DNA of 64,000 nt from an uncultured virus (IMG/VR IMGVR_UViG_3300027963_005227) (taxonomy: Duplodnaviria; Heunggongvirae; Uroviricota; Caudoviricetes): the IMG/VR virus record IMGVR_UViG_3300027963_005227, positions 1 to 64,000 of that record. One strand, given 5' to 3'. The notes under the pieces are model-generated. The model was not told where the DNA came from and ran no database searches. It saw only the letters and a list, made by a program, of their open reading frames with translations. The position numbers and the translations under genes were made by a program. Below are positions 47,774-56,325 of this stretch, one piece after another; positions within the stretch are counted from its first letter, which is position 1; every line of letters starts with the position of its first letter.

Positions 47774-49114
47774 TCACCAATTAGCAAAACCAATGCCTGT
47801 TCTTTGCCAATTAGTTCCATTGTGTCGATAAAGGAAATTGCTGCTAAATGCCATTTGACCACTCACTCCAGCATCTCCAGTTGTTGCTGGAGCAATTCCT
47901 GTGTAGGCAAATCCATTTGTTGAAAATAGTGCTAAATTGCTGACATTACCACTAGCAGAAATAATCATGCGAGCAGTGCCACTTGTTTCTAATACCAAAT
48001 CTCGCGCAAGTCCTCCAGAAATTCCTTTTTCAGTTCCTATTTTAGCAACGCTAGTATCCCATCTTAAGTTTAAACGTTCAAAGTTGTTATTATTTGTATA
48101 TGTGTTATAGATTCTTGATGTTTGAGCATTAGTGATATTACGTTGAGCTAAAATATTAGCGCCATCAGAATATAAATATGCATTATTATTGAAATTAACA
48201 GAGTCGCTTAATAAAATTCCACTAGCTTTAGTATTACCAATGACTTCTAGTTTTTCTGTTGGTGTAGTTGTTCCAATGCCAATATTACCACCAGTAGTTA
48301 TAATCATTCTAGCAGTCCCATCTGTCTCTAATGCTAATGGTCTTGCGATTGCCACTCCGTTTTTGCTCGTACCAATTGTTCCAGTAATACCATTCCATCG
48401 CATCGCAATGCGTTCATAATTAGTTACACTTCCATAGATACTCCTTTGTATTTGCACATTTCCTTTAAGATAAGTATTAGCTATAGAATTGTCTCCTAAA
48501 ACTACTGAATTACTACCCATGCCTCCCGCATTATTTCCGATAACTATAGAATTATTATCACCAAGAGGATCATAAGCTGTTATATAACTACCTATTAATA
48601 AACTATTATTTATACTTTCTAATGGATAACTACCGCCATCGTCATAATTATAACCTAGTGCGCCAGCACCATTACCAATTGCTATATTACTAGATCCATC
48701 ATTCAGATAAAGAAAAGTATTAGAGCCTATTCCTAGATTATTATTTCCATATATATTGGAAAATAAGCTAGCGTTACCAATTGCTGTATTATAAGTACCA
48801 GATACATTACTAGCTAAACTCACATCACCTATTGCTAAATTAGTGCTGATATTGCCCGATCCCCTGCCGAATGAAACGCTATTAACAACGATATCTTTTG
48901 CGAACGTTTTAGTTCCAGAGACTGTTTGATCTCCAGTTCGATAAACTGGAGAGTCAGTAATTTCAACATATCTTACATCAGCAGCGCCAGTTGTTAAAAA
49001 AGAACCTGTAGCAGAGTCTCCTATTAATAAAACTCCACTTCCATTAACTGTTGGTCTTGCTGTAAAAGATGCTCCTTTTGCAATTAAATTATTGATGCGA
49101 AAATCAGTTGCCAT
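47774..49114 (-). CDS. Fibre/virion decoration-like protein
   Basis: RPTVNGSGVL, TGDQTVSGTKTF, N.AIG..L repeats, GNIGIGTT.P...LEV.G and a duplicated ER...RW...IGT.K...AR.L.LET.GTARMII module. Confidence 0.7.
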   Translation of the reverse strand: MATDFRINNLIAKGASFTARPTVNGSGVLLIGDSATGSFLTTGAADVRYVEITDSPVYRTGDQTVSGTKTFAKDIVVNSVSFGRGSGNISTNLAIGDVSLASNVSGTYNTAIGNASLFSNIYGNNNLGIGSNTFLYLNDGSSNIAIGNGAGALGYNYDDGGSYPLESINNSLLIGSYITAYDPLGDNNSIVIGNNAGGMGSNSVVLGDNSIANTYLKGNVQIQRSIYGSVTNYERIAMRWNGITGTIGTSKNGVAIARPLALETDGTARMIITTGGNIGIGTTTPTEKLEVIGNTKASGILLSDSVNFNNNAYLYSDGANILAQRNITNAQTSRIYNTYTNNNNFERLNLRWDTSVAKIGTEKGISGGLARDLVLETSGTARMIISASGNVSNLALFSTNGFAYTGIAPATTGDAGVSGQMAFSSNFLYRHNGTNWQRTGIGFANW

Positions 49115-49123
49115 TTATATTTT

Positions 49124-49537
49124 TTACACCCAATCAATCTCGCTGAGAGTGTATTCGCACGTTAATTCCTCTCCAGGAGAAATTTCTCTCAGTGCAGTGT
49201 AATAGTCTAAAACTAAATTATGATGTAAGTTTGGAGAGTCACTATGATTAACATAGTAGGCTGGATAAACTTTATCTAAATTACAATCAATATAAAATCC
49301 ACTCTCATTAGAATTACAAATTTGTTTGATATAATTTAATACATCACTAGAAACATGAGACACTTCACTCCAAAGAATAAATTGATTATTAATTGCAGAA
49401 AATACAATCTCTCCACGTTCAATTTTACTCACTGCAAAAACTCCCACTCCAGCCCCATTAATTTTGCTAGGAGCAAGTTTGCAAACTAAAGCATGATGCA
49501 GATCTTGAATGATTTTATTTTTATTTTTTTGGTTCAT
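49124..49537 (-). CDS. SET-domain protein (putative lysine methyltransferase)
   Basis: S.I.GAG.GVFA...I..GE, YVNHS.SPN and A.R.I.PGEELT.EY motifs. Confidence 0.88.
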   Translation of the reverse strand: MNQKNKNKIIQDLHHALVCKLAPSKINGAGVGVFAVSKIERGEIVFSAINNQFILWSEVSHVSSDVLNYIKQICNSNESGFYIDCNLDKVYPAYYVNHSDSPNLHHNLVLDYYTALREISPGEELTCEYTLSEIDWV

Positions 49538-50153
49538 TTGAAAATTCAGTGATGTAGCTATTGTCTGTAAATTGACTTCTTTTATTCTCTACGCTATAAG
49601 TTGTGAGATCAATCTCGTAACCTGGATTTTTTTCAATAGGAACATCCACCCAAGCATCATCGTGCCAAATGATTCTATTATTAGGATAACAGTAAAAATT
49701 ACCATTGTCCATTTTAAACAAATGACCACATTTATGCTCTGGAGTTTCCGAGAAGTTGGTATCAAGCATCGCTTTATTTTCCCAACTCCAATCAAAAGTC
49801 ATCATGTATTCTCCAGCTTCTTTAGATCCATCTGGACAAATAAGTTTAGCTCTAAGACCTCTCATTCTAGCGCGAACATTAACATCAATATAAGGACTAA
49901 AACAGTCCCAATACATTGCTTTCTCTAGCTTTACTGGCAGACAAGGTTTCCAGCAAAATGCTGAAATTGGTCGTCTAGTCCAGTTTACTCCATTAGTTAA
50001 AAACCCTTCAAACAATGGCACTCTTTTTTCAATCGATGCAACACTATGCACATCGCAGCTAGTATATTCTCCAAAGCCCTTTTTATGATTAAAAAGATAC
50101 TCATTTCTCATTAAGCAAGTGATGGTAGGAAGATTATGATTCAAGTACGCCAT
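49521..50153 (-). CDS. Conserved phage hypothetical protein
   Basis: MAYLN.N.P, WDCFS, Y..T.D, HK..H....NG.F..YPNNR pattern. Confidence 0.65.
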   Translation of the reverse strand: MAYLNHNLPTITCLMRNEYLFNHKKGFGEYTSCDVHSVASIEKRVPLFEGFLTNGVNWTRRPISAFCWKPCLPVKLEKAMYWDCFSPYIDVNVRARMRGLRAKLICPDGSKEAGEYMMTFDWSWENKAMLDTNFSETPEHKCGHLFKMDNGNFYCYPNNRIIWHDDAWVDVPIEKNPGYEIDLTTYSVENKRSQFTDNSYITEFSNEPKK

Positions 50154-50210
50154 ATAAAATTTTAAGTTAAAAATAATAGAAATCTAGTTTATTATTATTA
50201 ATATCATGAT

Positions 50211-50693
50211 ATGTTTAGTCTCTATAAGCCTAATTCTAAAAATACTGGATGCGCGTTCGCCTTTAAAGAAGGAGTGACTGGTAAAAATTATGAGCCATGC
50301 GTTTACGTTAATGGTATTCAACAATATTCTTGGAATGATGCTACTAAAAATGGATCATTTTCGGAAAATGCTAAAAATCCTGAAAAGATTATCGCATTTA
50401 AATTGAATGAATTTGAGCTTGGTGGTCTTATTAATGCTATTGAAAATCGCATCGAGTATAAAGCTTTTCATACTTTTGATGATAATAAGACTGTCATCAA
50501 CTTTAAACCATACACAAAGCAAGATGGAACTGCTGCATACTCTTTGAGCGTAACTAAAAACTCCACAATCAAGTTTGGAGTGGGCATTGAAGTTGGAGAG
50601 GCTTACGTTTTGAGAGAGTTTTGCAAAAACATTCTTCGCAATATTTTTGAATTCCGCTACAAGCAAAATCAAAGCTCCAAAAATAATGAGTAA
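50211..50693 (+). CDS. Hypothetical protein (possibly a Whirly/PC4-like nucleic-acid binder)
   Basis: Two beta-beta-beta-alpha-like halves; the fold is a guess only. Confidence 0.5.
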   Translation: MFSLYKPNSKNTGCAFAFKEGVTGKNYEPCVYVNGIQQYSWNDATKNGSFSENAKNPEKIIAFKLNEFELGGLINAIENRIEYKAFHTFDDNKTVINFKPYTKQDGTAAYSLSVTKNSTIKFGVGIEVGEAYVLREFCKNILRNIFEFRYKQNQSSKNNE

Positions 50694-52578
50694 AAAAACA
50701 GTACTATTGCATTCAAATTTTTGCAAAGCCTTTACTGGATTTGGCAAAAATAAAAAAAATATTCTACGATATTTATTTAATACTAATAAATATAACATCG
50801 TCGAATTTGCTAATGGTCAACATTGGCAAAGCAGAGAAACAGAAAGTACTCCTTGGAAAACTTATGGATCTCTTCCAACTCCAGAAGCATTTAATAAAAT
50901 CACTGATCCAGCATTGCAACGAGCAGCATCTTATGGAGCGGAGTTGATTGACAATGTTATTAAACAGGTCAAGCCAGATGTTTATATTGGCATCGAAGAC
51001 ATTTGGGCATTTGATACTCTATACTCTAAACCATGGTGGAATAAAATTAATTGCATGATTTGGACAACTTTAGATAGTTTACCAATTTTACAGTCTGCCA
51101 TTGATGCTGCCCCCAAAACTAAAAACTATTATGTTTGGGCATCTTTTGCTGAAATAGCATTTCAAGAAATGGGGTACTCTCATGTAAAAACGCTGCGCGG
51201 AAGTTTAGATGCATCTTCTTTTTATAAAATGTCTCCTCTTCAAAGGCTAGAGTTGAGAAGTAAAAACAACTTACAAGATGAATTCATCATTGGTTTTGTT
51301 TTTCGTAACCAATTAAGAAAGAGTGTTCCTAATATTTTAGATGGATTCAAACTGTTTAAACAGTCCACTCCAAAAGCTAAACTTTTGCTTCACACTCATT
51401 GGTCAGAAGGATGGGATATTCCTCGACTCTTAGAAGAGAAGAGCATTGATAAGAATGATATTTTAACAACTTATTTTTGCAAATCTTGTAGCGCTTATAG
51501 CATTCAACCTTTTTCAGGACAGCAAAAACAATGTCCTCATTGTAGAACTGAGCAGTCGTTTTCCACTACTAATATTTCAGATGGAGTTAATGAATCTCAA
51601 TTAAATGAAATTTATAATCTCATGGATGTTTACTGTCATCCATTCACTAGTGGCGGACAAGAAATCCCCATTCAAGAAGCTAAGCTCACAGAGCTAATCA
51701 CATTAGCCACTGATTATTCGTGCGGCGAAGATTATTGTCATGAAAATAGTGGAGGCTTGCCACTTGATTGGTTTGAATATAGAGAACCAGGAACTCAATT
51801 TATTAAAGCTTCTACTTGTCCTATTAGCATTTCTAATCAACTGCACAAAGTTTATAACATGTCAGTTTCTGAGAGGCAAGAGATGGGATCTAAAGCTAGA
51901 CAGTTTGTAGTTGACGAGTGCTCAATAGAAGTTATTGGTAAAAAAATTGAAGACATCATTGATGCTATGCCAGATGTAGAGTTTGATTTTGATTTTAAAT
52001 CAATCGAGAAAAATCACGCTTATTCTCCCGCAACAATGGAAGTGGATAATGTAACATTTTTAATTGATCTTTATAAAAATATTTTAAATGAAGACATGGA
52101 TAAAAACTCCACAGGAGTCAAGCATTGGTTGCATGTGTTAGCAAATGGAACTAGTAAAGCTCATATTTTAAAGCATTTTCAAGATGTTGCTTTGAAAACA
52201 AATACTGATGCAAAAGCTGTAGATTTTAGCAGCATATTAGATTCGGATGATGAGGGGCGAAGAATTGCAGTAGTAGTTCCAGACTCAGAAACTGATGTTT
52301 TATTGATTAATGGATTAATGAAAAATTTGAAAAAACAATATCCTAAATACAATATTTACGTTATTACTAATCCAAATAATTTTGAATATATAGAAGATAA
52401 TGTTTATATTCACAAATGCATTCCTTACTCTCCATCCATTGATAGTGCGCCAATTTTAGAGGGACAATCTCATCATAATGGATATTTTGAACTAGCTTTC
52501 TTTCCAACAATTACAACTCAAAAAATCATTTCCTTTGTTCATAATGGAAAAGATAAAATTCAATTCGCACTAACATGA
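50686..52578 (+). CDS. Multidomain GT4-like glycosyltransferase with inserted Zn ribbon (probable start at 50686)
   Basis: TGFG, RNQ.RK, CKSC...CPHC and GGQEIP.QEA motifs; extra C-terminal domains. Confidence 0.75.
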   Translation: MSKKTVLLHSNFCKAFTGFGKNKKNILRYLFNTNKYNIVEFANGQHWQSRETESTPWKTYGSLPTPEAFNKITDPALQRAASYGAELIDNVIKQVKPDVYIGIEDIWAFDTLYSKPWWNKINCMIWTTLDSLPILQSAIDAAPKTKNYYVWASFAEIAFQEMGYSHVKTLRGSLDASSFYKMSPLQRLELRSKNNLQDEFIIGFVFRNQLRKSVPNILDGFKLFKQSTPKAKLLLHTHWSEGWDIPRLLEEKSIDKNDILTTYFCKSCSAYSIQPFSGQQKQCPHCRTEQSFSTTNISDGVNESQLNEIYNLMDVYCHPFTSGGQEIPIQEAKLTELITLATDYSCGEDYCHENSGGLPLDWFEYREPGTQFIKASTCPISISNQLHKVYNMSVSERQEMGSKARQFVVDECSIEVIGKKIEDIIDAMPDVEFDFDFKSIEKNHAYSPATMEVDNVTFLIDLYKNILNEDMDKNSTGVKHWLHVLANGTSKAHILKHFQDVALKTNTDAKAVDFSSILDSDDEGRRIAVVVPDSETDVLLINGLMKNLKKQYPKYNIYVITNPNNFEYIEDNVYIHKCIPYSPSIDSAPILEGQSHHNGYFELAFFPTITTQKIISFVHNGKDKIQFALT

Positions 52579-53732
52579 GCCACCTCATTGAAGAATATTC
52601 TAAAAGTTTAGGAGTGAGAATTTCTAAACCAATTGTTTCTCGTCATTTTTATCCCATGATGTTTGACAACTACATCACAATTCAACTAGCTGCTGATATT
52701 ACTGCTAAAAAATATCATTACTACGAAATTGTAATTGATATCATTTCTAGCAAATTGCAAAAACTTGGCATTTCAATTGTTCAAATTGGCGCGACTCCAG
52801 AAACTAAATTAAAAAATGTAAATATTAGTTATGGTAAATTAGGATTTAAAAATACTGCTTATATTATTTCAAAATCCAAGCTTCACATTGGAGTTGACGA
52901 CTGCTTATCTCACTATGCTAACTCGCTCAATATTCCTCAAGTAACATTATTCTCTAATGTTTATAGTTCTGTAACAGAAGGATACTGGTCTAAATCAAAG
53001 ATTAACATTGAAGCTCCTTGGACAGTAAAACCTTGTTTAAGCAATTATGATCCAGAAGATTCTATTAATAAAATTCTTCCAGAAACTATTGCTGCTGCTA
53101 TTTTAAAATCTTTAAAAATAGATGACAAGATTCCTTTAAAAACTCTTTTCACTGGAAAAATGTATCATAATAAAATTATTGAAATTGTTCCAGATTTTTT
53201 TAATCCATCATTAGTTCCAGCTAGTGAATTTTGTTTTTTAAGATTAGATTGGGAGAATAGCAATGAAGTTTGGACGCACTGGTTTCAGTATTTGAATCGA
53301 TTCGCCATCATCACAGACAAGTTTATTCCAGTAGAATTGATTGATTCTTTTAAACATAAAATTCATATTTTATCTTTGATTGTAGATGTTCAAAATAAAC
53401 CAACAGTTGAGTATTTAGAAGCTTTAAAGAAGTTGAAAATTCAATTTCATTTGCTAGTTAAAAATATAGATGAACTTCCAACTTTGCGAGATGAGTTTTT
53501 TGATTATTCAGTTCAAGAATATGGAGTGGACTCTAAAGACGTTTTACCAAAAGACTTTTCATTTAAAAATGCATTTTTTAATTCTAGTAAAACTATTTTA
53601 TCAAAAAATCAAAAATATAATAGCAGATATCATTTGCTAAAAGGTGAAAAATTTGTTGACAAAAACTTTGAACTGTGCGAAGATGAAGTTCTCTTAGAAG
53701 AACTAAAACATTTTTATGTCTACTCAAAATAA
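52575..53732 (+). CDS. GT9/heptosyltransferase-like protein
   Basis: K.Y.YY..V, IVQIG, LHIGVD..LSH.A and LFS motifs. Confidence 0.6.
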   Translation: MSHLIEEYSKSLGVRISKPIVSRHFYPMMFDNYITIQLAADITAKKYHYYEIVIDIISSKLQKLGISIVQIGATPETKLKNVNISYGKLGFKNTAYIISKSKLHIGVDDCLSHYANSLNIPQVTLFSNVYSSVTEGYWSKSKINIEAPWTVKPCLSNYDPEDSINKILPETIAAAILKSLKIDDKIPLKTLFTGKMYHNKIIEIVPDFFNPSLVPASEFCFLRLDWENSNEVWTHWFQYLNRFAIITDKFIPVELIDSFKHKIHILSLIVDVQNKPTVEYLEALKKLKIQFHLLVKNIDELPTLRDEFFDYSVQEYGVDSKDVLPKDFSFKNAFFNSSKTILSKNQKYNSRYHLLKGEKFVDKNFELCEDEVLLEELKHFYVYSK

Positions 53733-54567
53733 CGAAATCTTAGATAGCGAAACTCCTATTATCCAAGAGGTGAATAATAAACCTCCACATAGCATTGAGT
53801 TTAAACGCAATGAATATGGATTGCTTGGTTCAGTTAATTATTCATTCAATGAGGATGGATCAGTAAATTGGCGCAGCATGATCAAGCCTGAATTTCTTTA
53901 TCCAAATAAAGATTGGTTTGATCTTCGCAAGCAAACTGTTCCATCTTCCGCAGAAGGATTAACAGACAAGCAGCTTCTCATCATGCTGGGAGGAATCAAA
54001 GAACTAGCAAAGCTGCGCGGATTTACCAAAGTAAAGTATTCATTAGATTATCCTAGAGATAATTATGTTGTGGCTAAATGCTCTATTGAGTGGATGCCAA
54101 ATTATGAAAATGCTGAAAGTGTCATTTATGAAGATGTAGCTAATGCTACTAGTGATAATACTGATCTTTTTTGTTTAAAGTTCTTAGAGACTATTGCTTG
54201 CAATAGAGCTTTTGTTCGTTGCGTTCGCAACTTTTTAAACATTCACATTGTGGGTGCTGATGAAATTGACAAGTCTAAAAACAGAGTTTCAGATGTTGCT
54301 GAGCTTATGATTTCCAATGCAGTGCCAATTACTGCACAGGGCGCTCTAGAAAAGGCTGTGAATGAATTACTGCATGTTCAGACCTTGGAAGACTTTAAAG
54401 CGTTCCTGCGCGAAATATGGAAGAAAGCTGGCACATCAGAGAAGCAAGAACTCTCTGAATTGCTGTCTGACGCTAAAGAGTGGAATGTTTTCAAAGATAT
54501 TCCATCAAAACAATCAAGAATGCTTCTTAAATTAACCAATGAGCATAAAAAGAATAACAAATCCTGA
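53716..54567 (+). CDS. Putative single-strand annealing protein (Rad52/RecT-like)
   Basis: GG...LA..RG, V.A.C.I and A..RA.VR.VR..L.I..VG.DE pattern. Confidence 0.45.
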   Translation: MSTQNNEILDSETPIIQEVNNKPPHSIEFKRNEYGLLGSVNYSFNEDGSVNWRSMIKPEFLYPNKDWFDLRKQTVPSSAEGLTDKQLLIMLGGIKELAKLRGFTKVKYSLDYPRDNYVVAKCSIEWMPNYENAESVIYEDVANATSDNTDLFCLKFLETIACNRAFVRCVRNFLNIHIVGADEIDKSKNRVSDVAELMISNAVPITAQGALEKAVNELLHVQTLEDFKAFLREIWKKAGTSEKQELSELLSDAKEWNVFKDIPSKQSRMLLKLTNEHKKNNKS

Positions 54568-54997
54568 AGAGTTTAAAGTTGTTTTAGATGATTTGATGGA
54601 GCTTTTTAAACAAGAGGATATTGACTCTGCTCATCAATTATTGAGCCATAGTGTTGAATCTATTAAAAATGCTTTTTCTCATAAATCGATTTTAGCTTGG
54701 GATTTTTTTCTTTGGGCTAATTTTAATGGTTCTAAATTTGATGCTATCATTGCTTTTGTTAATGATAAAAATGTTAAATTTAATGAAAGTATTTTTAGCG
54801 AATATCTTTGGCTTTCTAAAAATCCAAAAGTAGGATATAAATTATTTAGCACTGCAATAAAATTTGCCAAAGCAAATGATTTTAAATATATTTCTATGAA
54901 TACTGTGGTTAAGCATCCAAAACATGAAAAAATTAAATCTTTTTATACAAAACTAGGATTTTTAAAAGACTCTGAAACTTACATCTCTAAATTATGA
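54539..54997 (+). CDS. GNAT-like acetyltransferase
   Basis: E..W.S...VG.KL...A...AK and FY.KLGF motifs. Confidence 0.55.
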   Translation: MSIKRITNPEEFKVVLDDLMELFKQEDIDSAHQLLSHSVESIKNAFSHKSILAWDFFLWANFNGSKFDAIIAFVNDKNVKFNESIFSEYLWLSKNPKVGYKLFSTAIKFAKANDFKYISMNTVVKHPKHEKIKSFYTKLGFLKDSETYISKL

Positions 54998-55164
54998 ACG
55001 GCAATAAAGCAAAAGAACTTCGATCCATCATTAATCCAATCGATCCTATTACTCGTAAAACTTATAGGCGAGCTAAGAAAAAGTATGCATCTCTATCTGC
55101 TGATGCTAGACTTTTATTCTTAGAGGGTTTAAGAGAAACTTTTAGTCACAAAGCTACTCTATAG
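54994..55164 (+). CDS. Small basic protein (56 aa) missed by the ORF track
   Basis: MNGNKAKELRSIINPIDPITRKTYRRAKKKYASL...; ATGA overlap with the upstream stop. Confidence 0.65.
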   Translation: MNGNKAKELRSIINPIDPITRKTYRRAKKKYASLSADARLLFLEGLRETFSHKATL

Positions 55165-56324
55165 AGTTTGTAAATTCCTGTTGGTGAAACTCCTGAAACA
55201 TTCAGGAAAACATAGTCTCCAGAATTTGTATAAGAGTATACTGGATAATTATTATCGCTAATAGCATATTCTGAGAATGAAACTCCAGATGATGCGCTTC
55301 CAGTAGATGTAATTACAAACTTTAATTCGGATGATGATACAGCCAAGTTAGAATCTATAATTTGAGTCGTATATTTTATTGTATTATAAAGATCTTTTTG
55401 AATAAAATCTAAAACTGTATCAGTATTAATATCTCCAGTAATAATTCCAGTAATAAAATCAATATTCATGGATGAGTCTCCATGTAATAATGAAATTTGA
55501 TTTGTAGATAAAACAGTTTCTCCTGGATCATCTAGATCATCTTGACTTTCTCTAGTGGCAGTTAATGGTCCAACATATATTATTTCTCCAGGCCCAACTT
55601 CTGAATAAGGAATGATGGCAAAATAATATGGAGTATCATAATATATTCTACTAATTGGAACATCAATAATTGGATTGTATGAATTATTATTTAAATAATT
55701 TATTGCTGGTTGAGTATATAAATAATATGGATTATTATAAATTACATTAGTATCTAATGTGCTGTCTGATTTAATTCCAACATCATTTAGTGGACTAGTA
55801 TGAACATAAACGTCAGTTCGATTAAATTTGGTATAGCGAGCATCATTTTGAAAAAAAAGATGAAATCTAATTTTATCATAAATTCCATATCCAGAAGCAA
55901 ATGAACCGCTAGTTCCATCATAAGTTACAACTGAATTCGTGACTGGCAAATTTCCATAAAGATAAAATTCAGCTATAAATTTTTCCTCATTAATATTATT
56001 TTCAATAGTAGCTCTTATTCCAAAGTCTTTTTGATAAAATCCAAATAAATTAACGTTTTCTTGTGAAGATAATTGTACAAATCTAGTTTTTCCATTTCTA
56101 TAATTTTTATAAATTGTATCTCCTCCAGTTGTTAAAATATCAAAAGATACATCTTTAATTGATGCACTATTTGCTAATTCAGAATCTGTTAAAAAAACAG
56201 ATCCTCCTGGATCTAAAATATCAAATAATAAAGAAACATCTTTATATAAATGCACTCCACTCCCAGTATAAAGGTCGGTAAGCGCTCCAGTATCTAAAAC
56301 ATATGTTGGATCAAATTCGAACAT
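55146..56324 (-). CDS. Tail-associated protein downstream of J
   Basis: Cotranscribed after J; beta-rich, with an FN3-like YYFAIIPY...G motif. Confidence 0.55.
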   Translation of the reverse strand: MFEFDPTYVLDTGALTDLYTGSGVHLYKDVSLLFDILDPGGSVFLTDSELANSASIKDVSFDILTTGGDTIYKNYRNGKTRFVQLSSQENVNLFGFYQKDFGIRATIENNINEEKFIAEFYLYGNLPVTNSVVTYDGTSGSFASGYGIYDKIRFHLFFQNDARYTKFNRTDVYVHTSPLNDVGIKSDSTLDTNVIYNNPYYLYTQPAINYLNNNSYNPIIDVPISRIYYDTPYYFAIIPYSEVGPGEIIYVGPLTATRESQDDLDDPGETVLSTNQISLLHGDSSMNIDFITGIITGDINTDTVLDFIQKDLYNTIKYTTQIIDSNLAVSSSELKFVITSTGSASSGVSFSEYAISDNNYPVYSYTNSGDYVFLNVSGVSPTGIYKLYRVAL

Positions 56325-56325
56325 T

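Noticed and set aside
53656..53684. TTGACA upstream of 53716 as a promoter
   Set aside because: The matching -10 (GAAGAT) is poor and does not show the 5-nt start spacing seen elsewhere.
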